Assembly (NCBI GenBank): GCA_038087875.1
Contig: CM075979.1
Span: 73,718,001 to 73,782,000 of the forward strand
Direction of reading: 5' to 3'
Source: Malacoraja senta
Taxonomy: Eukaryota
DNA length: 64,000 bases
Below the pieces are notes generated by a model. That model saw nothing but the letters and a program-made list of their open reading frames with translations. It did no database searches and had not been told where the DNA came from. This document shows positions 1 through 12,155 of this stretch, piece by piece (the first letter of the stretch is position 1; every line of letters starts with the position of its first letter). The translations under genes and the position numbers were made by a program.

Positions 1-624
1 TTACCTTGTGTCGGTCACAATAATTCAACCCACAATGTGCGAGCCTTGGTGACAGATACTGACATCCATGAGGCCCTACAGCTCAGTACGGCGATACCGC
101 AGTGAGTGAAAATAACCATTAGCAGTGTACTTCGTTACACACATCTGTTCCTCCCACTACTAGAACATTAAACAGTACAGCACATGAACAGGCCCTCTGC
201 CCCACAATGTTTGCGCCGATCAAGATGCCAAGTTAAACTGATCTTATCTGCCTGTACATGATCCATATTCCTCTATTCACTGCACTTCCATGTGTCTATC
301 TAAAAGCCTCTTACACACCACTATCGTATCTGCCTCCACCACCAGCCCAGGCAATTTGTTCCAGGACCCCGCCACTCTTTGTGCCAGTATTATACAGTGA
401 GTATCCTGTACCCACCATTACTGTACCCTGATGTAATGCAGTGACAGACCCATCGCTCCATAACTGTACGCAGTATCATACACCAAGAGACTCGTACCAA
501 CCAGTACGGCATCTCAGTTATACAAAGAAACTCTGTCCCCACCACTACTGTACCTCAGTGCTCTGTTTACAGAGACATGGCTTATTCCTGACATACCTGA
601 CTGTGCCATTCAGCCCAAGAACAT

Positions 625-1960
625 ATCCCTTCACCAGGTGGACTGTATGGCGTCTTCAGGCAATGTTAGAGGCGGTGGGGTCTGCTTTCTAATCAATGCC
701 GTGCGGTACTCAGACTTGGTAGTCCTGGCGAGCTCGTGCTCCCCGTACCTGGAATATCTGACTCTGAAGTGCTGTCCCTACTATCTGCCGAGGGAATTCA
801 CCTCCGCTATCCTGATAACAGTCTACATCCCTCCCCATGTGGATGTCAAGCTTGCTCTGGATGAACTGTACTCTGCTATCAATAGCCTTAAGCCAAAACA
901 CTCCAAAGCCCTGGTCAATGTTGCCAGGGACATTAATCAAGCTAACCTCAAGGGTGTTCTATCAATGTACCAGCAGCATGACTCTTGTCCCACCAGAGGT
1001 GACTGACTGCCACGACAGGTCTACTACGGCTGATGCCATATCCATGGCCCAACACTCATCCCTGGAACACCTGGATAAGAGAAACATCTATGTCAGACTT
1101 CTATTCACAGTCTAGAGCTCTGTCTTCAACACCATTATCCCTTCCAAGCTCATTTCCAAACTCGAGAAACTTAGATTCAGCACTCACGTCTGCAACTGGA
1201 TCCTCAAATTTCTGACCAACAGACCACAATCAGTGAGGTTGTGTGACAAATCCTCTACGGTAATCCTCAACACTGGTTTTGCCCAGCAAGGATGCATTAT
1301 CGGCCCCCTTGTTTACTCATACACCTGCGACTGAAGCCAATAAAATCCGACTTAATTTATAAATTCGCAGACGACAACACCACAGTGGGCCGGATATCAA
1401 GTAATGATGAGAGGGCTGCAGGAAGGAGATTGAGAACCTCGTAACCTGCTCAGGAGTAAATATCAGCAACTTGTTCTGGACCAGCCATATCGAAGCAATG
1501 CCCAATAAAGCGCACCAATGCCTCTACTTATTAAGAAAGCACAGGAAGTTTGACATGTCCCCAACAGCTCTCACCAACTTCTATAGATGCACCGTGGAAA
1601 GGATTTAATCGGGATGCATCACAGCTTGCAAATAGCTCGATTCAAGACGGCAAGAAAGAGAATTGTGCAGAGAATTGTGGACGTAGCCCAGACCATCTTG
1701 TAAACCAACCTTCCTTTGATTGACTCCATCTACAGTTCATAATCAAGTTCGAGTCTCACATCGGACACTCCCCATTCTCCCTCTCCCATCAGGCAAGAAC
1801 TGTGAAAACGCACACCTCCAGATTTAGGGACAGTTTCTTCCCAGCTGTGATCAAGCAACTGAACCACCCTATCACCAACTAGAGTGCAGTCCTGAACTAC
1901 CATCTACCTCATTGGAGACCATCGGACTATCTTGAATCAGATTGTACTGGACTTTAGTCT
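625..1960 (+). mobile_element. Degenerate, internally deleted Rex1/Babar-clade non-LTR retrotransposon
   Basis: Endonuclease motifs GGGVCFLIN and LEYLTLKCCPYYLPREFTSAILITVYIPP, RT fragments (DAIS..HSSLEHLD..YVRLLF; [16 protein letters not shown]; KFADD) and a C-terminal LTNFYRCTVE-type region, joined by frameshifts and large deletions. Confidence 0.85.
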
Positions 1961-2179
1961 TTACTTTAGACTCTAGAGATACAATGACAGAGCCATCTCA
2001 TCAGACATGTACCCGGTGTTATACAAGGAAACTCTGTGCCGACCGATACTGTACATCCATATTTTAAATGACAGACATAGGTTGCGGTGTTAGTGCCCAC
2101 GAGGCTGTGGGGTGAGGGAGGGGAATGTTCCAGTTAACAGTGCTTCATTTAGTGACAATGTTATATTTGTTTTTCCCAG

Positions 2180-2303
2180 CAGGAGCGAAACGCATACACG
2201 CCTCCCGTCAGCCCTGTGCCGCCGTTCCCCAGCTCCGTGCACGGGGCTGCCTCCGAGTGTAGACGCATGGCAAATGGATCGCATGCTCTCCCTGCTCACC
2301 TCA
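2180..2303 (+). CDS. ETV6: ETV6-like internal exon (exon 2 equivalent): QERNAYTPPVSPVPPFPSSVHGAASECRRMANGSHALPAHL
   Basis: Polypyrimidine tract + cag acceptor, gtaagt donor, 124 nt, phase 0 to 1; resembles ETV6 QERISYTPPESPVP...LPAHL; in phase with the exon at 5510. Not in the ORF track. Confidence 0.85.
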
Positions 2304-2947
2304 GTAAGTAGAATGTGCAATCCAGTGTGTGAAGATTGTCCTAGTGGTGGAGGGTTGGGCACTGAATGTGTTGCCCAATTCCACAGTTTACTCCTCAGAC
2401 CATGAGGCCCTTCTTTTCCCTGTTCTGAGTTTCTTCCCTTCCCATCCCTGCAGCCTCTCAATCCCTCTCACCCCTCCTATTACGCTTGTATTATTTTCTC
2501 GATCTTTTAATCCACTCTTCCTGCCACTCTACAAAATTCAATTCCATTCAGCTGTGAACACCAACACTTTTCAATTTCTCACCATCTAACAAATACTACA
2601 CCTTTCTATTTTCTTATTTAAAGTTCAATTCTTCCTCTTGATGTTCCATCCGCCATATCTTTGCCCATTCACATCCCCAGTCGGCATGTCACCCAAGCCA
2701 CTTTGGATTCTCCTCAGCAGCATCCAGCAATCATCAACAAACTTGGATATAGTGGACATGATCGCTTCATCCCAATCATTGATGCTGACTGTGAACAGTA
2801 ATGAGCCCAAAACAAACCTCGCCAGAGAATGACCTCTTCTTTTGCCGTCTATTAGCCAAGCTTCAGTTCACATGAGCATGTTATCCTGATCCAAAGTACT
2901 TTAACTCCTGTGGCATCTTCTGAAAATCTAAATGCACCAAATTCACT

Positions 2948-3853
2948 TCAATCAATCAATCAATCAATCAGTTTTATTCGTCACATGCACATAAAGTGCA
3001 AGTGAAATGAATTTGCCAGCAGCGGTACAATGAAAAAGGACACACAAAGACACCATAAAAATTTAACATAAATATCCACCACAGCATTCATCACTGTGGT
3101 GGAAGCAACACAAATTTGGCCAGTCCTCCTCCATTTTCCCCCGTGGTCGGGACCTCAATCTTCCGCAGCCGCCGCTGCGGGTTTCCTGATGAGTAGACAA
3201 GGTAAAAAGTACAGGTAAGTCCAGAATCGGCTCTTCCCCACCGGAGACCGCGGCTTCAAGTTGGTGTAGGCCGCAGGCCGGCGGTCGAAGATTTAAAGTT
3301 CCCGCCGCGCCGCAGACAGAAGCACCGCAGACCGCAGGGCCGGCAGTCGAAGCTCCCCTCCAGGGATCCCCGGCGAGGGACCCCGCTCCTGATGGTAAGT
3401 CCCCGCCGCACCCGCAGTAGAAGTAGGCCGCGGTCCGGCGGTCGGTGCTTCTTCTCCCGGGTCCCCAACGAGGGATCCCAGGCTGCGGAGCTCTGCAGAC
3501 CCCGGCTTCAGGCTGCCACGGGCCATCGAACGGACCGCTCCCCTCCGGCGAGCCCTGGCGAGGGCTTGCCTGCTCCATGCCGAGAGTCCACGCTGCCCCC
3601 TGCTGCTGAAGCCCCGGGCGCGTCTCCGGGAAAGGCTGCACCGATCCTCGATGTTAGGCCACGAGGGAGGCGACATGGAAAAAGTTGCCTCTCCATGGAG
3701 GAGGCGACCGAAGCGGTTTCCCCCACACCACCCCCCACACAAGACACACAGAGAAACATTAAAAACATACATTTAAACACGCTAAAAAAGCAAAAAAAGT
3801 AGAAAAAACTGACACGCTGCTGACAGGGCTGCTGGCTTGCAGCGCCCCCACCG
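2948..3853 (-). mobile_element. Non-autonomous retro-type repeat with (TCAA)n tail and GC/CpG-rich interior, inserted into an old CR1 fragment
   Basis: (tcaa)n tail followed by tttattcgtcacatgcac...; a related segment recurs at about 8660-8735 and 9871-10070; no recognisable protein. Confidence 0.6.
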
Positions 3854-5509
3854 ACCTATTTCTCCGAGTTATTTCCCCCACCGACTTATTTCCCCTTGTC
3901 CATTCTGCTGGCTCAAAACTCCCTAACAGATTTATTTAACATGATTTCCCATTCAGAAATCCACGTTGACTTTGCCCAATCCTATTATTAGTTTTGAAAA
4001 ATTCTGTTACTATTTCCTTAACATAGATAATTTCCCCATCACTGATGACGGGCTTACTGGTTTTGAGTCCCTTGTTTCTCCCTTCTTAAATAGTAACATT
4101 ACATTTGTGATCTTCCACTCTGTGAAAGCATTCTAGAATTCATGGCGTTTTGAAAGGTGACAACATCCGGGACAGTGACTCCAGTGACAGCTCTTTGAAA
4201 ACGCTAAGATGACTCGTGTTGGGCTTCCAGTCCCATTCATTCCTCCAATACTAATATTTCACCAATACACACACCTCGCGATTTACGCAGGGGTTACGCA
4301 CTTGAAAAGCAAAGTGTAAATAATAAAGGGCATTAATCAAACATATGCCATTCAATTCAATCAAACGTTTTCCCCATCTATATAGTGGTAGAGTTATACT
4401 GCACAGAAATGGGCGCTTCAACCCAATCTGTCTCTGACGAACAGTGTTCCTAAAGCAGCTGGTCCTATTTACCTGTGCTTGGACCACTTCCTTCTGTCTT
4501 TCCTATTCAAGTACCTGTCTAAGAGTCTTTTTCCTGTAATTGTAGCAGCCTCAACCACTTCCTCTGGCAGCTTGCTCCATGTATACATTCTGTTTATGAT
4601 TCTCTTAACTAACTTTTACTTTTTAAAACATATTCTGATTTTCAATTATTTCCTATCGAAGTAAGCACCTCAAATGTTCTCACAATATATTCCCACCTCT
4701 TGCCCGCTTGTTAGCCTGTATATATTTCAAACTTGCCATGTTATCTTGAGCAAACTTGGGGATCTTACTCTGTCTCTTCATCCAAGGGCATTCAGAGTGC
4801 AATGGACAACGCACTGTGCCAACCTGCAGTTACTCCAAATGCTTCCCCTCCTTTAGCCAGTCGTCTCTGTACTAATGTCACCCAAAATCCCACACAACTT
4901 TACTTAATGTAATACTTGTGTGTAACGCCTTATCAATCTCTTTTTGGAAGTGTTGGAACTAGTTTCACCTCTTCATCCCTTCTACCTTGCACTCTGTGTC
5001 TGAAGACCATCCACAGAATTACAGGCCTCACCTATTGCTTTGTTGTGACAGTCCAACACACACCAGCAACTATTCCTTTAGTATCCAGTATGTACTTCAA
5101 CACTGCTCACTTGGGGGCTGTGTTCATGCTATTTTGGGGTTGTGTTTTTATGTGTGTGTTTATGTGTGTACTTGTGTGTACTGGGTGGGAGGATTAACAT
5201 TACAATGCAGCAGGTATTGGGGTTACTGTGGCCAAAGGTCGGAGGAAGGGGATTGGGCGGAGAAAGTGAGGTAGGAATTTAAGTGGCTTGGGATGGAGTA
5301 AGTTTAAATTGGTCACATGGGAAAGACTGTCCAGTCTAGGGCCCAGAACTGCACATGGTGCTCCAGGTGTGGCCTAACCCACGTTGTATGAAACTGCAGC
5401 ATGTATTTGGGGAGTGGGGTGGTCGTGTGCTGAGGGGGTGGACTCCTCTTTGTCAGGGCTTTGTCAGGCAGGTGGGGCTGTGGATCAGTGTTCCATTTTC
5501 GCTCCACAG

Positions 5510-5674
5510 GGTTGCAGCCAGTGTTCTGGAGCAGGCTGGATGTCGGTCAGTGGCTGAAGTGGGCAGAGCAGGAATACTCTCTGCGCCCGATGGACTGCGA
5601 CATGTTTGAGATGAACGGCAAAGCTCTCTGCCTGCTGACCAAAGAGGACTTCAGGTACCGGTGCCCACACTCAG
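5510..5674 (+). CDS. ETV6: ETV6-like exon encoding most of the PNT (SAM/pointed) domain
   Basis: [54 protein letters not shown]; cag/gtaaaa boundaries, 165 nt, phase 1 to 1. ETV6 vs ETV7 orthology is not certain. Confidence 0.93.
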
Positions 5675-6959
5675 GTAAAACACCTCCCTTCAACAGGACT
5701 TCACCAGGGTGGGACACTGTTGAAATACACGGTAGCTTTGTGCAGGACCCTCTGTCTAATCGGTCTGGGCTGGGTTGGAGTTTGGGGCCGCTGGGGTTAT
5801 TAGAGGCATGTGAGAGGTGAGCAGAGCATCGGGCTGGGGCCACAGGATCGCTCCTCACTCCCTGTACATCACTTTATGTCGCATTTTCAACTGCTATCCA
5901 CCCCTTTGCTCAGCTGCATCATGTTAACCTGTGTCTCTCTCCTTTGTACAGCTGCATCGCCCCCCCCCCCCCCCCCCACACTTTCCTTCATGTGCCCTAC
6001 TTCCTCAATTGCTTCCTCAATTATTCACGTTTTTCAAATCTGAGCTTCACAGGTTGAGTCAACATTTATTGCCCATCCCCGTTGCCTTTGGGAAGGTAGG
6101 GGTGAGCTGCCTTGATCCACTGCAGTTCTTCTGGTGAAGGAGCGCTCACAGTGTTGTCGGTGAGGATTTACTCCCAGAGGGAATGAAGACCCAGCGATTA
6201 TATTTCCATGTCGGCATGGTGGCTGAACCCACAGGTGTTGGTGTTCCCCTGCACCCGCTGCCCTTGTCCTTGGTGGTAGGGCTCTTTGGTTTGGGAGGTG
6301 CTGCCGGCGTAGCCTAAGTGAATGTGCACTCTGTCGAGGGTGCACACTGCAGCCAGTATGTGCCGGTAGGGGAGGTCCAGAATGGTGTTGAGCTTCCTGA
6401 GTATTAATGGACATACACTTACTAATCGCACTGCTGGCTTGTGATCAGGAGGGGAGTTGTTTGCCGCAGGATGCCTGACCTCTGATCTGCTGCTATAGTC
6501 ACGGTGATTTGTGGCTGGTTTAGGACATTGCCATTAGGGCACTTGGTATTGGAATTAGTTTATATTGTCCAGTGTACCAAGCTACAGTGAAAAGCTTTTG
6601 TCTGCATGCTATTCAATCAAATCAAAATGTGCGTTTGATTTATTGGTTTTTGAAATTACGCGCTTGTTCCTTTAATACCAAAGCTTGATTTACGTGTTAG
6701 TTCTTTTGGAATAATACATTCAACTTTACTGCTGACAGCATTGTCGTGTATATGTTTAATTTATGCGTCTTTGAATTACACGCTGCAGTTCAAACACATA
6801 TCCCCTGCGTAAAATGAGAGGTGCTTGTATACAATCAAACCAGACACAATTGCAAAGAGAAAAATACCAGAATGCAGAATATAGTGTTATAGCATTATAG
6901 TGTTATAGCTACAGGAAAGAAGTTCAAGATCCGCAATGAGGTAGGTGGAAGATCTGGGC

Positions 6960-7470
6960 TACACCCTAGCTAATGGGAGGACTGTTCAGTGGTCTGATAA
7001 CTGCGACAACGAAGCTGGTCCTAAATTTGGTGCCACATGGATCCTTGCTTTTGAAGAAGCTTCCCGACAGGAGAGGGGAGAAGAGGGAATGACGAGAGTG
7101 AAAAACGTCCGTGATTATGTTGGTTGTTGTCCGGAGGCAACGTGAGGTACAGATGGAGTAGATAGTGGTGATAGTGATGAGTCTGGTCAGAACTCTCTCC
7201 AATTTCGTATGGTCTTGGGCCCAACTGAGCTGCGATGCTTCCTGGTAAGAGGCTTTCTACGTTGCATCTGTGGAATTGGCAAGAGTCGTTGGAAACATGC
7301 CGAACCTCCTTAGTCTCCTGAGGAAGTAGAGGCATTTGTGCACGTTTTTGTCCATAGCTTCAATGTGGTTGGTCCAGAAGACAAATTGGTGGTGATATTT
7401 ATGCCGAGGAAGTTGGTGATGGAAATGCCATCGAATGTTAATTGGTGGATGGTCAAACTAAACTTTCTCT
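6960..7470 (-). mobile_element. 3' fragment of a Rex1/Babar LINE
   Basis: Minus-strand TNFLGINITTNLS.. and ..RCNVESLLPGSIAA.. fragments, homologous to the 3' part of the 625-1960 element. Confidence 0.7.
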
Positions 7471-7474
7471 CCAC

Positions 7475-8280
7475 TGCCTCAACAGCATCATCTCCATTTC
7501 CCTGCACCCCACACTGTCCCTGTCTGATACCTCCCTCTTCACCTTCCTCCCCCTGGCCCGGTTGTCTCTCCCCTCCCATCCTCAGTCCAGCGGTTCCCAT
7601 CCTTGGACCCACTCTTCTCCTCTCCAGCAGGTCCACACCTTCATTCCCCTTCCTATTCTGCCTCTTCCGCAATCCTCAGCCTCCTCCTGTACCTTCTGCT
7701 TACAATCCATGCCCCTTTGCTCCCCATTGCCCCAGCTCTTGCCTCTGCCCCCCTTGGCCCCATCCAGGGTCATTTACTTCTCTGGCTCTTTTTGCCTCCA
7801 TCTGTAGATTTTTTGCTCCTCGTGATCTCAAATTATGTCCCCCCTTCTTTGTTACTTGACCACCAGCTTCTGGATTTGCCCAACCCATCTTTGCCCTGAT
7901 CTCTGTCCTTCCCTCCATACTTGATCCAACCTTGCCTCCTCACCTTGCTTGCTGTTCTCCTCCTTGTTTCTTATTCCATCCCACTGCAGTTATTATTTTT
8001 CCGCACACTTCCTGCAAGTTTCTCCCTTTGGCCCCTTTGATTAGGTGCCACCCCTGACCCTCCAGTGACCAACTGTCCCTTACCCCATGACCGTTCCACC
8101 CATTGTCCTCCATTGTTACCTTGTTCTGACCCATGTGAATGCCAGCGATGTTCTTGCCTCAGCCCCCACCCCCCTTAGGTCATGTTTTTCCTCCTTCTGG
8201 ACCCTTTCCCGGACCCTGCCCCCACCGACCCTTCCCTTCTCTTCTTACCCTTTTGCCTCTGCCTCACGTTTGCCATTGTT
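7475..8280. repeat. Pyrimidine-rich low-complexity intronic tract
   Basis: Strong C/T skew on +; yields only Pro/Ser/Leu-rich spurious ORFs. Confidence 0.7.
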
Positions 8281-8310
8281 TTCATGATTGGTTGCTTCTT
8301 GTCATCTCAG

Positions 8311-8442
8311 GAGATGTCCTCTATGAATTATTACATCACATCCTGAAACAGCGGGGATCGCCTGTTTGGTACCCACCGTTTCTGCAGCCAGGGAACACCT
8401 CACACAATCCACCGGGGGTCATCCTTCATAACCACTTGGAAA
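8311..8442 (+). CDS. ETV6: ETV6-like exon completing the PNT domain: [44 protein letters not shown]
   Basis: tctcag acceptor, gtaagt donor, 132 nt, phase 1 to 1; resembles ETV6 [32 protein letters not shown]. Confidence 0.92.
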
Positions 8443-8736
8443 GTAAGTGTATTTGTAATGGTTTATTATTGTCACGTGTACAGAGATACAGTGAAAACAG
8501 GCAGAACATACCATGCACGGGTACATCAGGTAGTGCAAAAGAGAAAATTTAGTGTTATACCTACAGAGAAAGTGCAGAGAAAAATAACGTGTAAGAGCTG
8601 AGACAAGGCAGCTTGGAAGATCGGAAATTCATCCCTAGCATATGAGAGGACCATTCAGTATTCAAGTTCAAGTTTCATGTTTACATTTATTGTCACTGCA
8701 CCAATTGGTACAGTGAAATTTGAGTTATCACACAGT

Positions 8737-9870
8737 AGCAATGTTACAAAATTTTGAGATTTAAAAAATCAAGTCTGTAATTTATCCCATCAGATAAAGC
8801 ATAAAAAGACGTTTAATTTGACACCTAATTCATTTTCATATCTTCAGTATTAAAAGAGTTATGGCCATTTTCATACTCGGAAATTAGCATCTTGTTCCCT
8901 ATTGCTTTTCCATTGACTTAACATAAAAGCTGTGATCGAGGACAGTCAAAAGCCCATAACTTTCTTAAAAATTAAGAGAACTGAAAGAAATGTTCAGTTA
9001 TTATAGATTGAAGCATTCTGAAACAAATATGAAACAATCTTAGGTACACAAAAATGCTGGAGAAACTCAGCGGGTGCAGCAGCATCTATGGAGCGAAGGA
9101 AATAGGCAACGTTTCGGGCCGATGAAACAATCTTACTTGGATGACCTGAAATTAAAGCATATAATTAGTTATTTACCTAATTGTAGCTAATTACAAAATT
9201 CAATTACTAGATCTAAACATCTATCAATTTCATAAGAATAGATTAACATTTTTAAATAGCCTAAGTGTCCAAATAACATTCACACAATAATTCACAATAT
9301 AACATTATTTTTAAATCTCATTGTCATGGATTTATAGGCCAAATGGAAGGAATTTAATGTTTAATACCTGTAAATTAATGGCCTTTTAAATCATCTTGCG
9401 AGCGGGATTTTCTGGAACGCGATCATTTGGAACGTTGATTTGCGGTGAATTTAAACCCGTATCGGCATGAAAAATACTGCCGGTTCGTTCGGGGAAAAAA
9501 ATCACCGTTTCGCAACTTAAAATGTGAATTAAAGGCCTCTTAAGGAGCACTTTTATACTTAAAATAAACTGCTTTCCTTTACCTGTCCCGTGCGTGAAAT
9601 CCGTCCCCGTTGTCGGCGTTGACGGCTTTAGAAGCTGATTTTAAAATAACTCCGGCGCTGAACTTGTCGGGCGAATAATTTAAAAAAATACACAAAACGC
9701 CCGTAGGAACGATTCTTCAGCAAAAGCTTGCACTCCAACGAAATATAACCCAGGACAAGGTAGGAGAAACCCGCGTTTTAACCCCGCCCCCACCCTCAAA
9801 GGCGACAAAATCGCGCACACGGCCAGTGGCAGAATTGCAGCGCCGCTGAAGGTAAGTATTGTAACATACT
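8737..9870. mobile_element. Putative non-autonomous DNA transposon with short imperfect TIRs
   Basis: Ends agcaatgttacaaa ... tattgtaacatact; interrupts a retro-tail repeat whose halves flank it; no clear TSD, superfamily unassigned. Confidence 0.5.
9043..9121 (-). mobile_element. Short Penelope-derived repeat with 14-bp TSD
   Basis: atgaaacaatctta at 9029-9042 and 9122-9135; body matches the repeat family at 16946, 38252 and 39140. Confidence 0.8.
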
Positions 9871-10149
9871 TACATGCAGCCATGCGAATAAAAAGAACAC
9901 AACACACGACACATAAACATCCCCACACATAAACATCAACGTTTCCCACTGTGAGGGATGGCAATAAAGTTCAGTCATCTTCCTCTTTGTTGTTCACCCG
10001 TGGTCGGGGCCTTTTGAGCCCTCCGCAGTCGCCGCTACGGCGGCCCGATGTTCAGGCCCACTCGCCAGTATTCTTATAGTAGCAAGAAAGAAGCTGTTTC
10101 TGAATCTGGTGATACATGCTTTTAAGCTTTTGTATCTTCTGCCCAATTA

Positions 10150-10395
10150 GCAGAAACAAGCTCTTTGGCACTGAGTCCGCATCGACAACAACCACCCATT
10201 TACACTAATTCTTCACTAATCCCACTTTATTCTTCCCACATTCCCGTCAAGTCACTATGGGGGCAATATACAGCATTCAATTAACCTATCAGCCAGCCTG
10301 TCTTTAGGATGTGGGAGAAGGTGCAAACTCCACACAAACAGCACCAGAGGTCAGGTAGGAGCTGTGAGGCAGCAGCTCTACTAGCTGCACTACAG
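10150..10395 (-). mobile_element. Degenerate HE1-type (tRNA-derived) SINE
   Basis: caattaaccta..., gcaaactccacacaaacagcacc.gaggtcagg motifs shared with the 30870 copy. Confidence 0.6.
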
Positions 10396-11037
10396 AACAA
10401 CCGTTGCTACGGGAAAAAGTGACTTGCTCTTTACCTTGCAGTATCTATGACCCGTAGAATTTAATACACCTCTATCAAGTCCCTTCTCTACCCCCTCTAC
10501 TCCAACGAAAACAAACCCAGTCTATCCAATCTCTCATACTGAAACACACCAACCAGGCAACATCATAGAACATAGAATAGTACAGCACAGGAACAGGGTC
10601 TTTGGCCCACAATGTCCGCGCTGAACATGATGTAAAGTTACTCTAACAACCTTTCCCTGCATGTGATCAATATCCCTCTATTCCCAGGCATTCATCACCC
10701 CACCTGCCCATTTCCTTTAAATTTTGCCAATCTCATCTTAAAGCTGTGCCCGCTAGTCTATGACATTTCCATCCTGGGAGAAAGGTTCTTCCTGTCTACC
10801 CTATCAATCACTCTCATAATTTTATAAACTTCTATTAGGTCTCCCCTTGATCTCCGACACTCCAGAGTAAACAAACCAAGTTTGTTGAAACAATTGTTGA
10901 AACAATTCAAATCTCTTTTTATTCCTAATACCCCCTAATCCAGTCAACATTCTTGAAGCAATCTTGAGGCAAACCTCTTCTGTACCCTCTACAAAGCCCC
11001 TACATTCTTCCTATAATGAGGCGACCAGAACTGCGCA

Positions 11038-11237
11038 NNNNNNNNNNNNNNNNNNNNNNNNNNNNNNNNNNNNNNNNNNNNNNNNNNNNNNNNNNNNNNN
11101 NNNNNNNNNNNNNNNNNNNNNNNNNNNNNNNNNNNNNNNNNNNNNNNNNNNNNNNNNNNNNNNNNNNNNNNNNNNNNNNNNNNNNNNNNNNNNNNNNNNN
11201 NNNNNNNNNNNNNNNNNNNNNNNNNNNNNNNNNNNNN
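11038..11237. other. Assembly gap (exactly 200 N, unsized scaffold join)
   Basis: Run of 200 N. Confidence 0.99.
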
Positions 11238-11767
11238 TTAATTATGATTCATAATATTTAAATTCACTCTGCTGATGCTGACTGACTCGGTGTGTATTTC
11301 CAATTTTTGCAGTTTTTAGAGTCATATAAAGTCATGCAGCATCTCCGGGTCACTAGTGCAATGAGACATTGGCTCTATGGGCTGGGCCACTAGGCCTCAC
11401 TGTGTCCATTGTAAATATCTGCTTCTCACCCGCTTTCCTTCCCCCTCTCCCTCTAACTTTCAATATCTCTCGCCTTTGCCTGCTCTTTCTTGTACCTTTG
11501 CAATTCCTGTCGCTTCCTCACCTTTCACCACATTCTCTGATCTCCATCTCTGTGCCATTTTCTATTTCTTTCCTGCCTCTCAATCTGCACACCTTGACTG
11601 GAAGTTAAAACTGAGCAAGTGACTGCAGATGGATTTTAAAAGGAAGTAGGAGAGGTGCATCAACTGGCAAAAGACAAGAATTTAAAAAAGGGACAAGGTA
11701 CAGCAAATAGACAGTGATGTGAGGTTACTGCATTTTTTCTAAACTAATGTCTGTCTGATATGTTTAG

Positions 11768-11820
11768 ATGGATCCATACCAACACACCAAGTGCTTTCAG
11801 AGAACAGAGCAGATCTTCAG
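11768..11820 (+). CDS. MICAL3: MICAL3-like 53-nt exon: (D)GSIPTHQVLSENRADLQ
   Basis: tttag acceptor, CAG|gtacct donor, phase 1 to 0, which bridges the minus-strand exon ending at 50768 (phase 1) to the exon starting at 12516 (phase 0); weak resemblance to MICAL3 QVMHAADPLEIQ. Confidence 0.65.
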
Positions 11821-12007
11821 GTACCTTCTGTCAACACGAGGAGAGAACAACCAGAGGTACAGTAAACGCGCTTGTGGTGCTTTGGTTGATCTGTCTTGGA
11901 ATGGAGCTCTGCGTAATGTGGGTAATCTCGCCAGGTGGGGGTTTGTGGAAGATTGGGCGAGTTTTGGGTATATTGATAATGTGGCCAGGGATGAGGCTTT
12001 GGGAGAT

Positions 12008-12155
12008 CTGGTTAGGTGTGGGTCACTGCGGTTCTGGTTAGGTGTGGGTCACTGCGGTTCTGGTTAGGTGTGGATCTCTGGGCGTCTAGTTAGGTGTGGG
12101 GATCTGGGTGTCTGGTTAGGTACGGGTCACTGGGGCTATGGTTAGGTGTGGTGAT
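12008..12155. repeat. Short degenerate tandem repeat, about 26-bp unit (ggttaggtgtgggtcactgcggttct)
   Basis: Two exact copies plus diverged units. Confidence 0.8.

Noticed and set aside
3063-3802. Several overlapping 90-190 aa ORFs
   Set aside because: By-product of a GC-rich repeat interior; no domain, no splice signals, ORFs on both strands
10964-11261. ORFs running through N-runs (also 49536-50141)
   Set aside because: Artefacts of the assembly gaps
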